Assembly: GCA_041641295.1 (NCBI GenBank)
Contig: JBEPYO010000001.1
Location: 416,001 to 480,000 of the forward strand
Source: Nitrososphaerota archaeon
GTDB taxonomy: Archaea; Thermoproteota; Nitrososphaeria_A; Caldarchaeales; Calditenuaceae
Length of the DNA: 64,000 nt
Reading direction: 5' to 3'
Part shown: one piece after another, positions 59,600 through 64,000 of the stretch
How positions within the stretch are numbered: the first letter of the stretch is position 1
Layout of the letters: each line of letters starts with the position of its first letter
Notes under the pieces: generated by a model
Database searches by the model: none
Told to the model about the DNA's origin: nothing
What the model saw: only the letters and a program-made list of their open reading frames with translations
Program-made: the position numbers and the translations under genes

Positions 59600-60997
59600 A
59601 TGTCTCGAATCAAAAACCAGCACTCGCTTCCACTCAGAGCTGCAATAACTAAAGTCACCGCGATAATCCTTGCATCCATAGTCGTTGTGGCTGCCGTTGC
59701 CGCAGTTTTGTACTATGTGATGGTTGTACAAGCCCCAGCCGCCCCCGAGGTAATAAAAATTGGATGGCCAGTTCCACTCACAGGCCCAATAGCATCATTC
59801 GGAGAGCCAGACCCATGGGTTGCACAACAGATTGAACAGGTCGTTAATCGCGATGGAGGAGTCTTCCTATCAGCATATAACAAGAAGGTACCTATCAAAA
59901 TCATAATCAGAGACACAAAGAGCGATCCTAACTTCGCGGCTACAGTCGCCGAAGAGCTAATTACCCGTGAACAAGTAGACCTTATAGTTGTCCTCCATAC
60001 ACCGGGAACCACTGTTCCAGTAAGCGGTGTCTGTGAGAGGTATAAAGTGCCTTGCATAGTTTATGACACCCCCGTTTTAGCGTGGCTTCAGGGTGGACCA
60101 TACGAATGGTCATTTTTAGCATTCTGGACAGAAGTAGATGTAGCTCAAATCTTCGTTGGGATATGGGATAAACTCGGGGCAAAAACCAACAAAGTAGTAG
60201 CGGGAATATGGAGTGACGATCCAGACGGCCGCACATTCCGAGAACTTACAATTGCATTAGCCCAGGCTAGAGGGTACAAAGTCATTGATTCAGGTGTCGT
60301 ACCATATGGAACTCTGGACTTTTCAGCCTATATACGGGAGTGGAAGGCACAGGGTGCAGAGATACTGACAGGCAACCTAATACCACCAGACTTTGCAACA
60401 CTCTGGAGACAGAGCAGAGAGCTTGGATTCATTCCCAAAGTAGCCACCATAGGCAGGTCCATCCTCTTCCCATCGTCAGTTGAGGCTTTAGGCGGAGACC
60501 TAGGTATCGGTCTCACAACCGAAGTATGGGTGCACAAAGTTTCACCTTTCAGGTCTTCTCTTACAGGGCAAACTCCAAGAGAACTTGCTGAAGAGTATGA
60601 GAGGGCAACTGGGAAGCAATGGTCCACGCCTCTAATATTCTCCCACGCGGCCTTCGAAAATGCAATAGACGCTCTGAAGCGCGCAGGAAGTCTAGATAAG
60701 GAGAAGATAAGGGACGCTATCGCCAATACCGATTTAGACACCATCGTTGGTCATATAAACTTCAAAAGAAGCCTAACAGAGATACTTACACCTGAAGAGT
60801 TGGAATTGTATAAAAAGTACCCTGCTCTAATACAATACCAAAACAGTTATTCCATTACTCCAGTAATTGGAGGCCAATGGGTCAAAGGTACAAAGTGGCC
60901 TTATGAACTCGAAGTAGTGTATAACTGGAAGTACGATAATATACCAGAAACTGCAGAACTCAAAACGATCCCAGAACTTCTCGGCACCGGAGGATAA
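59600..60997 (+). CDS. LIV-type ABC substrate-binding protein
   Basis: N-terminal anchor; KIG..VPLTG..A.FG; DTKSDP; T.LDTIVG.INF. Confidence 0.88.
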   Translation: MSRIKNQHSLPLRAAITKVTAIILASIVVVAAVAAVLYYVMVVQAPAAPEVIKIGWPVPLTGPIASFGEPDPWVAQQIEQVVNRDGGVFLSAYNKKVPIKIIIRDTKSDPNFAATVAEELITREQVDLIVVLHTPGTTVPVSGVCERYKVPCIVYDTPVLAWLQGGPYEWSFLAFWTEVDVAQIFVGIWDKLGAKTNKVVAGIWSDDPDGRTFRELTIALAQARGYKVIDSGVVPYGTLDFSAYIREWKAQGAEILTGNLIPPDFATLWRQSRELGFIPKVATIGRSILFPSSVEALGGDLGIGLTTEVWVHKVSPFRSSLTGQTPRELAEEYERATGKQWSTPLIFSHAAFENAIDALKRAGSLDKEKIRDAIANTDLDTIVGHINFKRSLTEILTPEELELYKKYPALIQYQNSYSITPVIGGQWVKGTKWPYELEVVYNWKYDNIPETAELKTIPELLGTGG

Positions 60998-61028
60998 ATT
61001 CGGCAGCATTTAAATAATAAAGTTCAAA

Positions 61029-61763
61029 ATGATCGGCATGCTTGAAGTAATTGGACTCACAAAACGTTTCGGAGCCTTGACGGCCGTTAAAAATGTAAGT
61101 TTTAAAATTAGCGAGAAAGAGATAGTGGGTTTGATTGGCCCGAACGGCTCTGGAAAAACAACTCTCTTTAATCTTATTTCTGGATTTTATAAACCAGATT
61201 CTGGCAAAGTGATGTTCAGGGACCATGAAATTAGTGGTCTTCCTCAGCATAAAATTTGCAAAATGGGCATTGCGCGGACTTATCAAATTCCTAGGCCGTT
61301 TCTAGAAATGAGCGTGCTTGAAAATGTTATGATCGGTGCATTATATGGTGCAGATGAAAGCCTAGGTAAAAGCCGTTCCCACGCATTGGAGTGCTTAAAG
61401 TTTGTAGGCCTAGAGAAGAAAAAAGATGTCCCCGCCCATAATCTTAACGTCTCAGAAAGAAAAATGCTTGAGATAGCTAGAGCCTTAGCTACGAAGCCCA
61501 AACTTTTGCTACTTGATGAACCTCTAAGCGGATTAAATCCGAAAGAAGTAGCGCAGGCTAGAGAACTCATTAGAAGAATTAGAGACGACTTCGGCGTCAC
61601 CGTGTTTTGGATTGAGCATATTATGAGAGCCCTAAGGGGTGTGGTTGAACGCGTTATCGTATTGAACTATGGAGAAAAGATTGCTGAAGGGTCTTTTGAA
61701 GTGGTATCCAGTAGCAGTAAAGTAATAGAGGCTTATCTGGGAGAAAAATGGGTAATTGGGTGA
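61029..61763 (+). CDS. LIV-type ABC ATPase (LivG-like)
   Basis: GPNGSGKT, DEPLSGLN, EAYLG. Confidence 0.93.
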   Translation: MIGMLEVIGLTKRFGALTAVKNVSFKISEKEIVGLIGPNGSGKTTLFNLISGFYKPDSGKVMFRDHEISGLPQHKICKMGIARTYQIPRPFLEMSVLENVMIGALYGADESLGKSRSHALECLKFVGLEKKKDVPAHNLNVSERKMLEIARALATKPKLLLLDEPLSGLNPKEVAQARELIRRIRDDFGVTVFWIEHIMRALRGVVERVIVLNYGEKIAEGSFEVVSSSSKVIEAYLGEKWVIG

Positions 61764-61769
61764 TACGTA

Positions 61770-62477
61770 ATGTTAGAGGTTGAGGGAGTAAACGTGTTTT
61801 ACGGCGATCTGCAAGTACTTTGGGATATATCCCTTAAGGTGGACAAAGGGGAAAAAGCAGCATTAATTGGCCCAAACGGGGCTGGAAAAACAACACTCTG
61901 CAAAACCATAATAGGTGCACTTCCCCCTAAAACTGGTTCGATAACTTTTCTGGGGAAGCGGATAGATAAACTTTCAATACCTGAAATTATAAGGCTTGGA
62001 ATAGCCATCGTACCTGAGGGGAGAGGACTTTTCGGCAACATGACAGTAATGGAGAACCTTGAACTCGGGGCCTACGCTTCAGATGTGAGGAGAAAATATA
62101 ACGATACGTTAGAATGGGTGTTTAGCCTATTTCCACTATTAAAGGAGAGAAAAAACCAGCTGGCAGGTCTTATGAGTGGGGGTGAACAACAAATGCTAGC
62201 CATAGCGAGAGCATTAATGTCGAAGCCCAAGCTGCTTATATTGGATGAGCCTTCACTGGGCCTCGCCCCTAAAATAGTGCTAAAAGTATACGAGGTGATA
62301 AGAAAGATTTGTGACGAAGGAGTGACTGTGCTGCTCGTTGAGCAGTACGCAGGCCATGCTTTGGAAAATTCTGATAAGGGCTTTGTGCTAGAAAATGGGA
62401 GAATTGTAATAGAGGGGCCATCAGAGAAACTTCTTAAAGACGAAAAAGTTAGGAAAGCTTACCTAGGGGAAGAATGA
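61770..62477 (+). CDS. LIV-type ABC ATPase (LivF-like)
   Basis: GPNGAGKT, MSGGEQQ, DEPSLGLAP. Confidence 0.93.
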   Translation: MLEVEGVNVFYGDLQVLWDISLKVDKGEKAALIGPNGAGKTTLCKTIIGALPPKTGSITFLGKRIDKLSIPEIIRLGIAIVPEGRGLFGNMTVMENLELGAYASDVRRKYNDTLEWVFSLFPLLKERKNQLAGLMSGGEQQMLAIARALMSKPKLLILDEPSLGLAPKIVLKVYEVIRKICDEGVTVLLVEQYAGHALENSDKGFVLENGRIVIEGPSEKLLKDEKVRKAYLGEE

Positions 62478-63346
62478 TGGAGATACTCAGTTACATAAAT
62501 CTCATATTGAATGGCTTATTGCTTGGGGGACTCTTCGCTCTAACAGCTTTCGGCTTATCAGTGCTAGCCGGCATAATGAGAGTTATCAATATAGCGCACG
62601 GCGACTTTGCAATCCTAGCCGCATATTTGTCACTTACCATTATGAATTCTTTCGGAATGGATCCATTTTTAAGTTTAGTCTTTGTAGCGCCAATAATGTT
62701 TGCGGTGGGCTACTTTTTCCAAAAATTCACAATAAACAGAGTCCTTGCGATGGGGGCAAACCAAGTGGTTCTAGTAACATTTGCCTTGAGCATTGTAATC
62801 CAAAACCTTCTGCTCTTAATATTTACTGCTGACGCGAGGAGCTTGATAACGCCGTACCTTCTTACAAATATAGAGCTGTTTGGACTGAATCCATCACCAC
62901 GCTACGCTGTAGGCTTCATTTCGGCTTTAATAGTGTTCGGACTGATCTTCATCTTTTTCAAGAAAACATACTTAGGCAAGGCTATGCGTGCTGTCCCCTT
63001 CGACCCCGAAGCAGCAAAAATGATTGGAATAAAATCTGAAGTCATCTACAATTATGCCGCCGGATTAGCCCTATTAGTGGTGGCCATAGCCGGAGTACTG
63101 CTGGGCTTGGCTTTCACTTTTTATCCCGATACGGGTCCAATGTACGTACTACTTTCTTTCGGTGTCGTTGTTATGGGAGGTTTGGGAAGTTTGAAAGGTA
63201 CTTTGATTGGAGGATTTATCCTAGGTGAAGCATTAGTCTTGGGAGGCTTCTTCTTCGGTTCACGATTTCAGCTAATGTTCTGCTATCTCGTCATACTAGC
63301 CATCCTATATCTGAGACCTCGAGGGCTCTTCGGGGGGAAAGTTTAG
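62474..63346 (+). CDS. LIV-type ABC permease (LivH-like)
   Basis: GIMRVINIAHGDF, VVVMGGLGS, RPRGLFG. Confidence 0.92.
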   Translation: MMEILSYINLILNGLLLGGLFALTAFGLSVLAGIMRVINIAHGDFAILAAYLSLTIMNSFGMDPFLSLVFVAPIMFAVGYFFQKFTINRVLAMGANQVVLVTFALSIVIQNLLLLIFTADARSLITPYLLTNIELFGLNPSPRYAVGFISALIVFGLIFIFFKKTYLGKAMRAVPFDPEAAKMIGIKSEVIYNYAAGLALLVVAIAGVLLGLAFTFYPDTGPMYVLLSFGVVVMGGLGSLKGTLIGGFILGEALVLGGFFFGSRFQLMFCYLVILAILYLRPRGLFGGKV

Positions 63347-63347
63347 A

Positions 63348-64000
63348 GTGTTGGAGTTAAAAAGCCGTTACATCTACATTGTCATTTTGCTAGCTGTTCT
63401 TACCTCGCTGCCTTTATGGGTTGGAGGCTTCCTAAGAGATGCGCTAATATTGTTCTTCCTATATTTGGCTGCTGCAGAAGTTTGGGGGTTTATGGCCAAG
63501 CACGCGGGTATAGTCTCTCTTGGCCAACAAATTTTTATAGGGGTCGGAGGCTATACGACGGCTGTTCTTTCCATGTATTTTGGAATCCCCATGTATGCTA
63601 GCGTTATAATATCTGGGCTCCTTGGAGCCGGCTTGGCTGGCCTGCTATCCTTTCCACTTTTGAGGTTACGTGGTGTTTACTTTGCAATAGGCACTTTTCT
63701 TGCAGCGGAAGTTATTAGACTTGCCTTTAGTGGCTGGGAATTTGTGGGTGCTGGCAAGGGACTGATATTTAGAGACGCTTATGGCATTCCTACGACTATA
63801 ATCTACTATCCTGCCTTAGCCCTTGCAGTAATTTCAATTTTCTTGGTATACCTGCTATATCATTCAAAGTTAGGATTTGGGTTAAGAAGCATAGGGGCAG
63901 ATGAGGATGTTGCCTGTGGACTTGGAGTAAACACCTTCGTGTGTAAAGCCACGTGCTTCATCCTCGCTTCACTTATCACGACCCTTGTAGGAGCTGTTAA
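63348..64000 (+). CDS. LIV-type ABC permease (LivM-like), truncated by window end
   Basis: Manual translation from GTG 63348: AGIVSLGQQIFIGVGGY, LRLRGVYFAIGT. Confidence 0.88.
   Translation, partial: MLELKSRYIYIVILLAVLTSLPLWVGGFLRDALILFFLYLAAAEVWGFMAKHAGIVSLGQQIFIGVGGYTTAVLSMYFGIPMYASVIISGLLGAGLAGLLSFPLLRLRGVYFAIGTFLAAEVIRLAFSGWEFVGAGKGLIFRDAYGIPTTIIYYPALALAVISIFLVYLLYHSKLGFGLRSIGADEDVACGLGVNTFVCKATCFILASLITTLVGAV

Overview
Archaeal chromosome segment. The 16S rRNA, S19e/uS15/uS9, eIF5A, ESCRT-III, an archaellin, crenarchaeal-type NuoBCD and heavy TTG/GTG and leaderless start usage point to a thermophilic Thermoproteota, most plausibly Aigarchaeota/Caldarchaeales-like (inference, no database search). 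Contents are mostly housekeeping and carbohydrate/organic-acid catabolism: GAPN, ApgM, an Opp-type sugar ABC system with GH1, GH36, LUD lactate genes and two LIV-type ABC systems. RNA genes are a stand-alone 16S, tRNA-Asn, tRNA-Asp and a C/D-box guide sRNA whose targets lie in the 16S of this same window. Most notable: (1) trpE has no in-frame canonical start upstream of its conserved N-terminal motif. It is preceded by an 18-codon uORF carrying a prfB-like cassette (GGGGGT-TTA-GTT-TGG-C) with a Trp codon where prfB has UGA, a candidate tryptophan-sensing +1 ribosomal frameshift. (2) An AT-richer island after tRNA-Asp resembles the bacterial anaerobic phloroglucinol pathway but with a DRE-TIM enzyme. 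(3) A DNA methyltransferase is coupled to a winged-helix-like protein with no recognisable nuclease motif. (4) The 16S decoding helix carries compensatory substitutions. All calls come from manual motif recognition.
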